Of a DNA stretch of 64,000 bases, positions 35,235-48,178 are shown in pieces. How positions within the stretch are numbered: the first letter of the stretch is position 1; every line of letters begins with the position of its first letter. Source of the DNA: Amoebophrya sp. A120. Lineage: Eukaryota; Protista; Dinoflagellata. The DNA is taken from the NCBI GenBank assembly GCA_905178155.1, contig CAJINV010000013.1, positions 176,344 to 240,343 on the forward strand. Direction: 5' to 3'. The notes beneath the pieces are model-generated. The model worked only from the letters and a program-made list of their open reading frames with translations. It did no database searches and had not been told where the DNA came from. Both the position numbers and the translations under genes were made by a program.

Positions 35235-38200
35235 GACTGTTGGCGAGCAGGACTTCGAGATCTATTTTTCTCGTGGAATCCGTGTGGAAAGGAAAAAGCC
35301 CATCTCGGTGCCAACTAAGCTCCTCTTCGCGCATATGGCGTGCGAAAAGAATATACAAGACCTTTTTGCGTACTAGTACAAAAAGTCAGCTACAACTACA
35401 CAATATGCCGCCGTCACAGTATCTGTCGGAACTTGAGCATCGCAATGTTTTTTTCGGCTTTGTAAGAATGAAAATCACAAGATTGCTCACGCTCGAACCG
35501 CAAATTCACGCATTAAAAGCTTCCAAAGCGTCGATTGCCAAAATGGGTTTTCTGATCATAATTTGGTGAGAGGAGGTAATGCTGCTCATGACCGAGCCGC
35601 AAAACCGAACTGGTTTCGTGGGAAGACACCTCCGCGATACCCCTGCTTTTCGAAGGAATGCGAAGCTCGAAGTTGAAGGCATCCAACGCATCCAGGAAGT
35701 CATTCAAATTTTGCATGATTTGCGGTGAATTGCGCACGGCGGCATCCTCAGCGATCGTAGCTTGAATGTCTCCGGCCACATGTTCCACAAGAATCTTCGC
35801 GAGTGCTGATCCGGTCCAGATTCCTGCTTCCAGCTTTGCTGTCACGGTATACGGCTCGCCTTCCCGGGTTCCAAGGCGAAAGCGGGCACAGGAGGCCGAA
35901 CCAATTTCGATATCAATAGTCGTATCGGTCTCATCCAGCAAGTACTGCGCTACAGCTTTTGCAAAAAGTGGTAAGAATCATGAGGAAAGAACTTGAGCAC
36001 CCAGCATCAGACACATCCTCGTAATGTCTTTTATACTACATTCAGAACTAATATGACGACTGTTTGCTATCACGACGCCGGGACACGGAAGGTCGTGGAC
36101 AGTTCTTCTCAGGCAAAACAGGTGGAGGACAGACATACTGGCGCCGAGGCTAAAATGATGATAATCATGCGCACACAAGTTGCCTCACGATAACAAGACA
36201 GAATCGGACGTTGGCATTGGTGCGGCCGGAAGCTCTTTCGCCGGATTGCTTGAAACGACAAAGGGATCCGAAGCGCTACCATCGATTTGTCCGCGAACGT
36301 GCTGCTCTGCCTGGACGCAAGCTTCTTCAAAAACCTGCCTGAGCGAAAGTTCCTCCATCACCGTCGTTGCGTATTCGCTTTGAAGGTCGGAAAACACATC
36401 ACTCGCGAGGACCTTACTTGGTGAGTAAGTCGGAGAGTACAGACCCAACAATGAGAAACGTGGGTCCTCTCTTGTACTCAAAGTTGGCCGCGAAGAAGGT
36501 AGATCCCGATATCCGTGCCCATACGTGTGTTTGGCGTCCTGCCAACCAGATACGGCCTCTGGAATATACATATCCGCGTTTTTTTCTGGACAGCAACCCC
36601 GGACCCGGCACGTGCATGTGTCTGTGATTTGGGCAAGGCTAGCTGCTCGTCTCCGGCTCAACGGCAAAACGATTTCCGCCGGCAAAACCAATAGACGCTC
36701 GTGAAATTCCGTTGTGTATCGAACTGAAGGTTGCGCCAACCCGAGAGAATTTAGCTGTTGGTATCGCTTTTGTAATGCAGAACACGACCAATAACAAGAA
36801 TCTAGAGAAGCGCAAAGGGTTCGCCTCTCTATGATTGGCAGCTATTTTGAGTCGCACAGGAGGAAACAATAACAAAGAGTACAGTTGTTGCTTTCTACCA
36901 ACAAGTGGAATTTTGCAAGTCCTCACAAACGGACAATTGCATCTGCCGGTTGAGAATATTTCATTCAAAGTGATACATTCCGCAAGAGCGCGTGCGACAG
37001 GGGACTCAAAACTGCCTCCCGGGCCACGCTGTAGAAGTAGCATTTCACAAACACAATAGCATCAAAATAGGAGCCCTAAACTGAACCCTTTCAACCCTGG
37101 AACCCTTCAGCGGCGGCTGGGTCGCTGGAGGGAAGAAGTCACGACGATATGACGGGCGACGGATCCGGAGGCGCGTATCATGTGATGGTCCTAAATGAAG
37201 AGGTCAACCACTTAGCCTAATCCTAAATCCCGAAACCCCGAAAGAAAAACTGCTTGTTGCCAGTTGGGCCCGGGGTGGGGAAGTGCGCAACAGAGTAAGC
37301 CAACTATGAAGACATTTGTAAAAAAACCCTATCAAAAAGCCTTGCGCTCTGATCCTTGCGGGCGTGCACTCCCATCAGGTTCTAAAGCTTCAGCAGTGCT
37401 GAGAGTGCTCCGACCCTAAACCTCAAGACGGAAGTCAAGAGACAAACACAGTAAAAATAGGGTGTCTGACAGGTAAGGCACATTGTCGATCCTGTATCAC
37501 AGTTTCTCCCTGCAAGGACAAGACAAACAGCAATTGGCGGGTTGAGGACGAAGATTCCGATGCATATGTTGAGTCCTGCCTTAGCTGTTGCCGAAATGGT
37601 TCCAAAAGGGTCCACACGCTGCTTCGTCGGCGTAGTCAGAGTACAGTCGTAGTACCCAATCGGGGACCTGACCGCTTTCTGGTTCCGGCACACAAAATCT
37701 TCTTCTTCGTCAGTGGCTTGTTTTGCGTACGCCCGCAAACGCGGTGCGGTCTGCATCATCTGGAGGTGAAAAATAGTGGTCTTGCGATCTTGACGCAATT
37801 CGCAGACGTGTGGGTGCTGAGCGTGAAAGTAGGACCCGGTGCGCCTGTCGTGGAAGTACCAGCCAGTGCACCTCGACCTGGTCCACCGTTGTCGCCTTGC
37901 CGGGTCCAGGTTTGGATTGGAGTAGAGAACAGACAACTGTGCGTGTCGCGGTCTATGTTGCTCTTCGCCCGCGAGCTCCCGCAGCCAGTCGGCTGCAGGA
38001 GAGACAAGCCTGGTACGCGGTACGTGCGCCGGGCTTCGTGTTCGCCCGCCGGTACGCGCGTCGAGCCGCAACGTCTCCATCATCATCGTCATCCGGTCTA
38101 CAAGATCGTCGTCGTCGTTGTCGCTGTCGATTTTCTCGATTATAATGTCATCATCTTGCGTCGAAAGGAAAACTTCCCTCGATTATACCGGTCTCGGAGT

Positions 38201-38912
38201 TAGAAGTGTCTGATTGCGAAAATTGGGACAAGTCAGTTTGTTTCTGAGAGGGACATCCAGAGCTTGCTCTGATTTTTGCGCGGCAGCAAAGCTCAGATCA
38301 ATTTGTAATGCACAAGGAAGAATTTGAATTAGAATGCAAAAAGGCTGTAAAAACATGTCAATGCGCTGCACAAAAACTGGTCAACAGTGACAAAGTCGGC
38401 CTCCGTTTTCCCGAGCTTGAAACATGTTTTTTCGAGTCAGTGAGTTACTTTTGGAAGATGAAATGCTTGTCATCATGAAGACGCACCTGCAAAGCCGAGC
38501 CTGATTCGAGGAAGTCGAAATATTTCATTTCCATATGTCGTTTTTGCTTCTTTCTGTCTCTGTGCTCATCGGCCATATCGCGTAGCAGGTCCAGGAGTTC
38601 GTCAGCCAGGCACAGGAAAACTGCGTGGTATCCGATCACGCGCAGCCGCCCGTTCGCAACGCAACGACTGACCCCGTCGTTCCAAACTTGCGTGATTTTT
38701 CTCCGTGCGTCCAAAAACCAATCGACCCCTTCGGCATCCAGCATGCTGACATTTCCAGGCTGCGCCGGAGGGCGGGTATCAGAAGTGGATGACGTTGCTT
38801 GACCCACCGAAAAGATTCCGGCGGACTCCGTGGTCATCGCGCAGCTCCCGAGCGGACCGTAGAGCATTATGGCGGAAAAAACATATAACATTGCCTGCTG
38901 CAGCAACATCAT
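35235..38912 (-). CDS. Probable 5' exons (~38460-38912, 37600-38170, 36190-36560, 35570-35975, 35235-35350) of a secreted protein, likely the start of the giant gene
   Basis: First exon has a signal-peptide-like start, MMLLQQAMLYVFSAIMLYGPLGSCA. The gaps ~35975-36192 (IR arms; join SVLL|PLFAK) and ~35045-35235 (IR arms) look like introns. Other joins were not resolved. Confidence 0.45.
37072..37425 (+). repeat. Interstitial degenerate telomere-like motifs (CCCTAAA variants), probably intronic
   Basis: ccctaaa at ~37074 and ~37414, cctaatcctaaatcccgaaaccccgaaa at ~37216, aaaccct at ~37324. Confidence 0.5.
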
Positions 38913-39379
38913 GGAAGAGATTCGGCTGCTTGGTGCTAGCAAGCTCTGCAGAAGAGTAGATTATACCGTGGAAAAAAAGCGCCGCCGGTCACGCTTACAC
39001 AATCGTAGCGTCGAGGGGCACTCCAAAAGTTGCCGCAATAAAATGAAAAGGAAATTTGAGATGAGTCAATCTATCAATCTTACACACTGGCGCTGCTTTT
39101 TAATACATACCAATTATGGCGTCTCATGAAACCAAGAGAGACACGGCCAGAATTGTATTAGAATAGAGAATATGCTGGCAGTGGAGGCACCAAAGGAAAA
39201 GAATGCGTAAAATAAAGCTAATAAAATCATGCATATACAACTTAAGTTCTCGAAGCGTTGCTGACTGAGAGACCACAGAAAAGCGAAAATGTGATATTTG
39301 AGGTGACCAAGATTAGACGATTGCGTGATCATTCCTCGCAACGCCGAGATCTCAACAGAAAAATCTCTGTTGTTCATTC

Positions 39380-39441
39380 AAAGTGTCTAGCAGACCGTGG
39401 AACTACCTCTGTAAGCATTAAAAGTGTCTAGCAGTCCGTGG
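39380..39441 (+). repeat. 21-nt direct repeat, two copies, period 41
   Basis: aaagtgtctagcag(a/t)ccgtgg at 39380 and 39421. Confidence 0.8.
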
Positions 39442-40906
39442 CGCTAAGGTAAGAAAAAAGGGGACTACTTAGTATTTTATTCGGTCTCACGCGAGCAATG
39501 GGAAATATTTTTGGCTGCCGTGGCTTTGATGATGATTAGTTCGAGCGGGGCCCGGCGCAACTCCCTCCTCCGACGCGCGGCAGGAATAGCCTGCCCTGAT
39601 ACCCTAGTGGTAACGTCGTTGACTGAGGCTAGGTTTTTTTGTCATTTAAGTGCGGAAAACCCTCACGCGGGATCATTGGGCCTTGCTTCATCCGGGGGCT
39701 GGCATGTTTCGCACATTCCGAGGAACAGGGCGGAACTACCAGTACCAAAAAAATAAACTCCTCCTGCTCAATCATCCGAAACAAATCAAATAAGGTGCTT
39801 TGCTTCCCGGACCGGAAGTCCGTAGCTAGCGCACACTCAGAGGGCGGAGTTTGTGCTACCCAGGCAGGTCCCAGCGGCGAGCCGTAAACCGAAGAGCCGG
39901 CCAACACAAAGGAAGTGGGGCAAAAGTAGGGCGCCCCAGCGCGGCCAGAGAGCCCCCGCGGCATCGGCGCGCGCGGGCGCGAGAACGCAGGGTAGGCCAG
40001 CAGAGGCACAGGCCGCAACGAAGGGCGAAAACTTGTGCCAGCGCCACAGCAGCAGGAGGCGAAGGGCAAGGGGATCCGGAAAGTAGTCTGGGGAGACGAA
40101 TCACGAACAGCTAGTCATCTAAGCCAAGGCCAAGGGCGCAAGCCACGGCCGACCGGCCTGAGAGCCACCCAGAGGCCGGGAATGTCTCTCCTGGTTGCGG
40201 CTTCGCCGGGCTTGTTGCGCCATTTTTCTCTAGTATTTCCACCAGTGCGGGCCGCCACTATTGAGGGGCGTCGCTAGTTGTGGCTGCGGGCCCATTTTGT
40301 CGCGATAAGGCCACTAAGTAGGATTTCTACTAGTGACCCTTTTTCAACTAGGAGCTTTTTACTGGTGACAGGATTCTTACTAGTACGTCGCTTGCACCCC
40401 CTCGCGCGGCAGATTTGTCACAATAGTATTATAGGCAATTGCTCAAGAAGAAGAACATCGCGAAACAAAATTGATGCCCATGATTCTGCGCCTGCTAGCC
40501 ATGCCTTGAATAGATAATGAGGTCCCCTTTTTCCATTTTTCTTTATACGCTGTTACTTTTGATCTCCACCTGTAGGCATGTTTTCTTGATGTGTACTTAT
40601 TTTTTCTTAGTGGAGGATCGTGTCGAATATATTAGTTTGAGCTAGCCCGGGCAGCGTATTCGGGACAAATAAGTAAGTCGCGTCCTCATGAATGTTTGTG
40701 ATTGCGTGATTGTCTGTGTGCCAGTCCGTTCCATCACATTGGCAGGGCGATTTGGTCCTTGTCGACATACTTCTAATTTGGATCGCGGTAGATCGAGAGC
40801 CGTGCGTTGCAATGATGAACTTTCAATCGAAATGATGCTGTCGCGTCACGATGTGGATCTTGTACAGGACGCTATTTCATGATATTTTTTCTTTGTTTGT
40901 GTCCAC

Positions 40907-41390
40907 GCGTCAAGGTGGGAACGCCTCTACTCACCTATTTTCCTAGCGCTGCTGCAATAAAAATCCGTTGTTGAGACTTTGCCCTGCTGAAAAAAGAACT
41001 GGCACTTGTGGATGAAGCTACCTCGTCGCTACAAAGCTCCTAATACGAAGACCCATGCTAAGTCTTGTTTTTTAGTGAAAGGGAAGGTTTGAGAGCACAG
41101 GCGGTTTTTCAAAGTAAGAGTTAAACAAAAAATATTACTCCGATTCTTTGATCATTCTGTGAGTTTGAAAGTTTGAAAGCAAGAAAGTTCGTCTGTCAAG
41201 TCAAAGTTCTATTTTTCTGTTGAAGCGAGTTCCTTTTGAAAAGAGTTCAAGCTCCTGTTTTGAAATAAAGCAAAACTTCATGATTGTTTTGTATTGATGC
41301 GTTAAGATGGGAACGCGTTTACTCACCTTTTTGTCTAGCGCTACTTCAATAAAAAGCCCTTTGTTGCGAAAAAACCTTGAAAAAAGACCC
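40907..41390 (+). repeat. Diverged ~90-nt direct repeat (40907-41000 and 41298-41390)
   Basis: gcgtcaaggtgggaacgcctctactcacctattttcctagcgctgctgcaataaaaa compared with gcgttaagatgggaacgcgtttactcacctttttgtctagcgctacttcaataaaaa. Confidence 0.75.
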
Positions 41391-43201
41391 TGATGACTAC
41401 AACATTGGACTACGTAGGAACGAATTTGTCGAAGAGTTTTTTTTAAAGAAATTTGTATCCTGGTAAAAATAAATATGAAGGTCGTGATTTTTTGATCGTT
41501 TTGCTTCTGTACTTCATTTCATGATCGTCTGCCAAACGTCATCAATATCACTGCATTTCACAAAAAGTGGAGGGCAGAATAAATATCTCATGAACTATGC
41601 ACCGACGCCGTCCTTCTGCTGCATCTTGTTAGAGGTTCACCAATCTCATCGACGCGTTCGTCACTGGGTTTCATTCTCTGAAGACTTGTACTCCGACACG
41701 ATACTTTGAAGAAACGAAAAATATGATCCCATCCCGAAGACGGAAAATGTGAATAACTGCGTGTTTGGATACGATATGCCTGAAGCAACACGCGCGAAAG
41801 CGAAGCGACCGACACAAAAAACATTCTGGGAGACGCCCACTTTCACGCGGATCAAAAAATGACATTCAAATTATGTGACAATTGATGTCGTCGCACATCT
41901 ATCCAATTTTTTGAGAGACCACACATTATACAACACTTCTGCAAGCTCGATCTTTGTTTTGTATACACTTATTTGTATTGATAATAAGTAGTACACAAAA
42001 GTGAAAGTATAGTCAGTATCTTACAACATTCACCGGCTAGCCCATATCGGACCTGACGGACTATCATATTTCTGAAACGAGATCATGGTGAATATTTTTC
42101 TACATTGTTCTCTGAGTTGTAGAGGAGGAAAAAGTCAAGTTATCTGCTGCATAGTAGGATGTAAAGTTTCACCGATAATCAACCTGATTTTTGTGAAACA
42201 GAAAGATAACATGTTCGACAAGCTCTACCACTAAAATACAGATCGTTCCATCGTAAAATTTCTCCGAATGGAGTTCTGTATCGTCAATAATGAAATCTCA
42301 TAAACCCACTTGCCGATCCATCATGCTTTATCGTCCAAAGATACGAACTTTCTTCTTATGCGAAAATTGCTTAGTTTAGCTAGTTAGCATTCCAACACAC
42401 GACAAGGGCCGAGATGAAAGGGAACGGCTATAGGGCTGATCGAGATCATCGGAGTAGACCTCGTCATCGCGCATTTTCTTCCCTTCGCACGACTATTCTT
42501 GGTCGATCGTGTTTCCGATTTCCATCCACTCGCCTCAATTATGATAGCCGGAAAATTTTCGCTAATCTGGTTTGGTAGTCAGTGTTTTTCCCCGGTCTAC
42601 TGAGAGATGGTGCCAGGAGGGCACCTTGTCACTTCTATCGCCGAGCGGGTGCTTGAAATAGGAGCGGACGGCATTCAAACCCGTTTTGTTGAGTAGTGCG
42701 CTTACGGGTAGTAGGTAATGCGAGACCGATTAGAGCCTTCTGTCCTCTTACAGGTAGTAAAGCTGGCTGAGTCCTCTGCGTCACATGATATACCCCGGAA
42801 AATCTTTACCAGCATCCACACATTTGTAAACCAAAAAGCTTGCATGTATTTGTTATTTGCTTTAGAGCAAATAACAATATACATGCAAGACACATTCTAA
42901 TTCCGTACCAAAAATTTCGATGCGTCTAGGATTCGTGTATCGAAATTCTTACTGCGCCTTTTCTGACAATCATGAGTGCACAGACAGGCAAAGAAATGAA
43001 AAAGGCGACCACGACCATGACTAGTCTGTAGCATTCTATTTGAGAGATGCAAAACAGAATTACGCACTTCTTTTGTTTGTTTTACAAATACGAGGAGCTA
43101 GCGTTTTTCTTGGCGATAAAAGTTGGCTTTGGATGGATCATTTGAAACAGAAATTGAACGCCCCTCTGCCGCGCTTCCTCTTTCTCCGTGCGTCGCGCTT
43201 C

Positions 43202-43945
43202 TTAAAATCCGCAGTTGTAACTGAAACCCCAATCATATGGGGATGGCGGGGTAGGTGGCGGGGAAGGCGGGCCATAACTCAGCGCCGGGCTCGCCGATCT
43301 GGACCGAGTATTTTTATGCTGAAGTTCGCGGTTGCGTTCGTCCTCTTCCTCCCTGCGTCGTGCTTCGTCTTGCCTACGCCGCTCTTCTTCTTCCTCCCTG
43401 CGTCGCGCTTCTGCTTGCCTACGCCGCTCTTCTTCTTCCCTCCTGCGCTTTTCTTCTTCTTCGGCTCGTTTCCGGTCTCGCTCCCTCTTCTGGTTTCGCG
43501 CTTCCTGCAGTGCGGCTTCTGCCTCGTTTTTTTCGCGTTGGGCTTGATTCCGCTTCTCGCGCGCTTCATTTAGTTCCCGTCTTTTTCTACTGAGACGGTC
43601 CGTGACCTCGGCCAGCCGCTGTCTCGCGCGCGCGGTGTCCGTGTCGTTGTCCTGCTGCTGTTTCCGGAGCGCATGATCTTTTTCGCGAAGTTCTTGCTGG
43701 GCGGGGTTTAGGTGAAGGTGATGCAGGCAGCTTAGCATCGAGTTTTCACGCTCCTCTGTCTCCCTCATCCAGCGCCGGTCGTCTTCCTCAAACTCCAGCC
43801 TGTTCCGGCGAGCAGCTCGTCTCAGGGCCATGAGTTGTGCATGCCCTGTTTCCATGCCCTCACGCTCATGGGTAATCGTCGCGATAGAGTCTTGCGCCTT
43901 CCCCAGTCTGATGCAGTGCAAATGTGGTGGGATCAGAGAAAGCAA
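43202..43945 (-). CDS. Charged coiled-coil / ER-K-rich protein, probably a terminal exon, with internal ~39-nt repeats
   Basis: 247-aa ORF with RRREEEERRRQ.EA repeats and a Pro-rich end. Confidence 0.6.
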   Translation of the reverse strand: MLSLIPPHLHCIRLGKAQDSIATITHEREGMETGHAQLMALRRAARRNRLEFEEDDRRWMRETEERENSMLSCLHHLHLNPAQQELREKDHALRKQQQDNDTDTARARQRLAEVTDRLSRKRRELNEAREKRNQAQREKNEAEAALQEARNQKRERDRKRAEEEEKRRREEEERRRQAEARRREEEEERRRQDEARRREEEDERNRELQHKNTRSRSASPALSYGPPSPPPTPPSPYDWGFSYNCGF

Positions 43946-46900
43946 GTTTAGTAGCAGGCCTAGTACCTGAGGAGGTAGCGTATCTCAATCGTGCTGCAAT
44001 TGAATGATTATGTGCGGAAGCGTGCCTCGGACGCTGATGTGACGCTTTGAATTATGACCCACCCATATCAATCTTTTGCGCAACTGCAACTCACGTTGTG
44101 AATAGCAACAGAGCGATGTTGATTTCTTCGCAATCATGTAATCTGTATACTATACAAGTATGGTATTTAAGTTAGCAATTTTACCCCCACCAAGCAAGAT
44201 GTCGTGCGTTGGCATGGGAGAGCAAGTACCCCGCATGATCACGTGTGGCAATTGTAACACTTTGCATTTTTTCTGAACCAATGACTATGATACTTGCATC
44301 AGATAAGCTGTGTCTCAAGGTCGAGCCTTATGCTGCGCTCGTTTGCGCGTGCGTTTTCGCGTATCTTTTGCTGCTCCGAAAGGGCTGCTGCTATCTCGCG
44401 CAAACTTTCTCGTAATCTTGGTCATGTTGAAAAGAGACCCGCCCCTAGATTCCAGCGATCTTTGTAACTGCAAGCTCTGATAAATATGTTGATCAATGGG
44501 CAAAAAGAGAGGCAAGGTCGCCCACTATCAGCAATTCCTATGCAGACGAGAAAAAGCACATGATAACAACTCCTCACGATGTTGTCGAATCACGACCAAA
44601 TTTTTATTTTTCCTCTTTGCGAATTTGTCTTGCCGATCCGAGCACATGCAAGATGGTCGAGAGACTCGCTGCAACGATGTACAAAAATACGCCATGTTTC
44701 CGCGGGGGGGGCGTTTGCATTGCGGTATTTCGTTGACATCGCGATCAGCCTTCGCCCTATTTTCTCTCATGGCGTTTTCCTTGTCTTGGTCTTTTTTTCG
44801 GTTCCATGTCTGAATTTCATTCCTCAAGAGGCTCCGCTGCTCCTCGTATCGCAGGGTTCGCTATCACCGTGAAAAGCAGCCCAGTCCCCCATGCATCCTT
44901 GCACAAAAGCGGCACGTTTAGAAAAATAGCAGACGCTCTGTTTCCAACATGATGCGGAGTGCAATTACTGTGGGCAGATTCTATTTGTCACGCAAAAATA
45001 CAATTTCGATCATCGAGCTCGCGAACATCTAGCGTCGCTGCAGCTGCCTGATCGCAAGCGTGTGCATGGTCGAGGTTTGGTGTCCCCAATCTGCGGATCA
45101 TTCACTATAGCTGCTCTGAACGGCTCGGTCAGGGCACCACTAGCAAGAAAAAATCATTCTTACCACTGTCTCTGTCAGAGGCGAATGTATTCCGCAATAA
45201 AATTTGTTTAAAGATCATGACCGACGGGCTAGTACTTTTCGCCGGAATAGATTTTCGCGTCGCTGTTCTTCTGCCTGCAGTATCATGTCGGCGAGTCTTT
45301 GCTCGTACCGAGCCCGCTGGGTATTGTCCATCTGATCATCGCGAAGTTCGTCGTTTTGACTCCTGTATCACAAAGAAAATGAAAAGCCCACCACACCAGA
45401 GAAAAAATAAATTTGTCATGATGTTTTTTGATTTTGTGTCTTTGATGTTCAGCATGAGAGGTAATGTTTTATCAGCACCTTTCTTGACCTTGTCACACTA
45501 GACGGGATTACGTTCTCCATCATGCACGACAGAAGCTTGTTCCTCCTGCTGCAGATCATCGCCAGAAGCTTTTTTTGTGACAGAAAAACAGCAACGCAAA
45601 TTCAGCTCCCTTTCTGGTACGGATTTACTTTTCTTTCGGATATCCAGATGCGCTCGCGGCAAAGCAAACTTGCTTCATGTCGCCGCTCTGCGTCCTCTTC
45701 TCCAGTGCTTATGTGCATGTCCACTTCTCTGTCATGATTTCCTCGAAGCAGAGCGACGCCACGGGAGGAGTCAATGATGAGCGCGCGTGGTCCCACAGAA
45801 AAGTTGTAGCATTACATATGGATAATTGATTTGAGCTGGGGGGATCCCCGGAAGACAAGAGTAGAGAGGTCCACATTTATACTGTTGAGCCACACGCATA
45901 AGTCTGGTCAAGCACAAGCTCCAGCGTCGGCGTAAAACGCACCTTTTTACCCTTGCGCACCACTGTGGTCTTGCCTGCAAAAAATTAAAATTCATGCTAC
46001 ACTAGTACTTTTCTATGTGATACGCGCGCACTTGTCGTAGCGGCACTGGAATCGTCGATAAAGGAGGCACGACGTCGCAGGGATCCCTGAGTGGACCAAG
46101 TGGCACGCCTATCAGACCAGCGACTTCCTTGCAAGCGCTCAGGTTCTTCTGGTGCTGACAGCGGTGCGTCTTCGTTTGGGAGAAGGCACCAAAAACCTCT
46201 TCTGCTTTGGAGTTGTGTGCGTTCGACACGGAAAGCTCCCAGGACGCCGAAGGACGTGCGGGATACCAGCTCCGACGAAAGCCAGGTCAAGAGGATCCGC
46301 ATAGTATCTGTATTCTCAGGCGTATCAACAAGAACCAGTAATACACAAGACTTTGTTCTGAGCTATTCAACACATTAGGTATCTTCTGTTGCAACTTTCG
46401 CGTTCGGTGAGAGCCTGGTGCTACATTATGCATGATAAAACTTCAGTAGTTGATCACCTCTGCGCCTACTACTGTTTTGTTGCTATACAGCTTTGCGATA
46501 GCCGACTTTTGAAGACGACTAGAAAAAGGAAAAAGAGGCTTGTTCGTCTGGTTGCCGCTGTTCTCGCAACAAAACACCAGGGGAAGAGACGAACTAATGA
46601 AGTTTTATCATTCACAATAAGGAGAGCCTAATGCTACTAGTGCTCCGGCGTACATGCAGCGAGTAAATGAGAACGATGATTTAGGCAAATGTCAAATTTC
46701 TCGTGCAAGCGAAGGCGATTTTAAGCAAAAGACTGGCACAGACCAGGCACATTGGAGGTAGAGGACTTGCGATAATGGTAAAGCACCAAGTGAAATCCTG
46801 GGGAGAAAAACAAGGCTGGGGGAAGTAGGATGCTGGCGGATCACATAACAAAACCAGTTCGTGGGCTAGGTAATGCAATAGGTGGCACACGCCTACGCTA

Positions 46901-48178
46901 AATTTTCCACCAAGTCTACAGTTGCTCCTTCGCACATCATGCGACTAATCATCTTGTTCATGATCGTGATCACAATGCTGTTCTTGTAGTTGTACGGATC
47001 CTTCGCAGCATGTAATGGCGACATGCACATCAACAATGGCATAGAATACATAGTTGCACACATGGATCTTCTCGAAAGGAAAACGAAGTGGTTTCCCGGC
47101 GTCCAATTTACCATGTCAAATAAAGATCCGGACCTTTTCAGTACAGCAATCATTTTTGGTTCTTGATTCTTCAGCATCTTCAACTGCGCATCTATTTTGT
47201 ACCTACTTGCCTTCCTCTCTTAGCCTTGGTTCACTTTCATTCTGATTCTCGATCTTCCAAGGGCTCTGGACGTGTGAAAAAAGTCAGAAAAGGAAAGGCA
47301 CTCACTAGAGAATTGCAAATATTTTCTTTCACTATTTATGATTGATGAACATTCGAAATGTATTCATCTGCGCAACTAAGTGACCACACAGGAGGACACC
47401 TCTAGAGCTACGTCGCGCGCGTGCAAGCTCTTTGGGAGAGCGAGAAACATGATATTTTTGTCCTACTGCGAGAATACGCCCATTGCCATTGGGCATGTAA
47501 TGCATTTCGAGTTTCTGAAAATTACTATCCAAGTGCTTTTCATTCTTCCAAAGCCCAAATTCATTGTCGACGACCGAATTGTACATGTTCCACAAACAAC
47601 ATAGCTTTCCGGATGTATGATCGAGCGTGCTGTGCTGGAGTCTAAGCCGATACATCGTGGTGCTGAATGTGCATCCAAATCTTACACTGCAATTTTCCCT
47701 GATCTGTCATAGCTAAAATATGTACTCGCTGAAGAAAAGTGAAACGCTGCCAAGCTGAGAAGACGGTCTACTTCCTCTAAGTGCATGCAGAGAAAGACTT
47801 CCCAAAAATTATTCATCTCAACAAACAAATGAATTCAAGCACAGCAGCCACTTGTCTCGCGGGCGACGACTCACATGTACTGCTGGTGGAGTCTTCATGA
47901 ATCGAAAAGTAGCTGAAAGCAACCTGGGAAAACGGCAACCCTATGGCGCTGCACGGCGCTTTTTGATATTCTTGCCCACCCTTCTAGAGCGAAGTGCAGC
48001 TATTTCGCTTGTGTCGTGGTAAAAACTGTTCTTTTTACCGCAGTACCTGAGTATGTCTATAAAGTTATTCGCGACAGAATCATACTCACGAAATAGAAAA
48101 AAGCGACAGGGCGGATTCGCGGGCGCATTGTTGCGAGAAAGTTGATGTACGTCGAACTCTCGCCCTTTTGTAGTATCG

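Noticed and set aside
899-38203. Numerous plus-strand ORFs
   Set aside because: They are mostly antisense shadows of GC-rich minus-strand exons.
42420-42720. Possible coding relic on the minus strand
   Set aside because: Short frames with stops and no recognisable motif.
45600-47700. Short minus-strand ORFs as exons or transposase relics
   Set aside because: No recognisable motifs and no consistent splice chain found.
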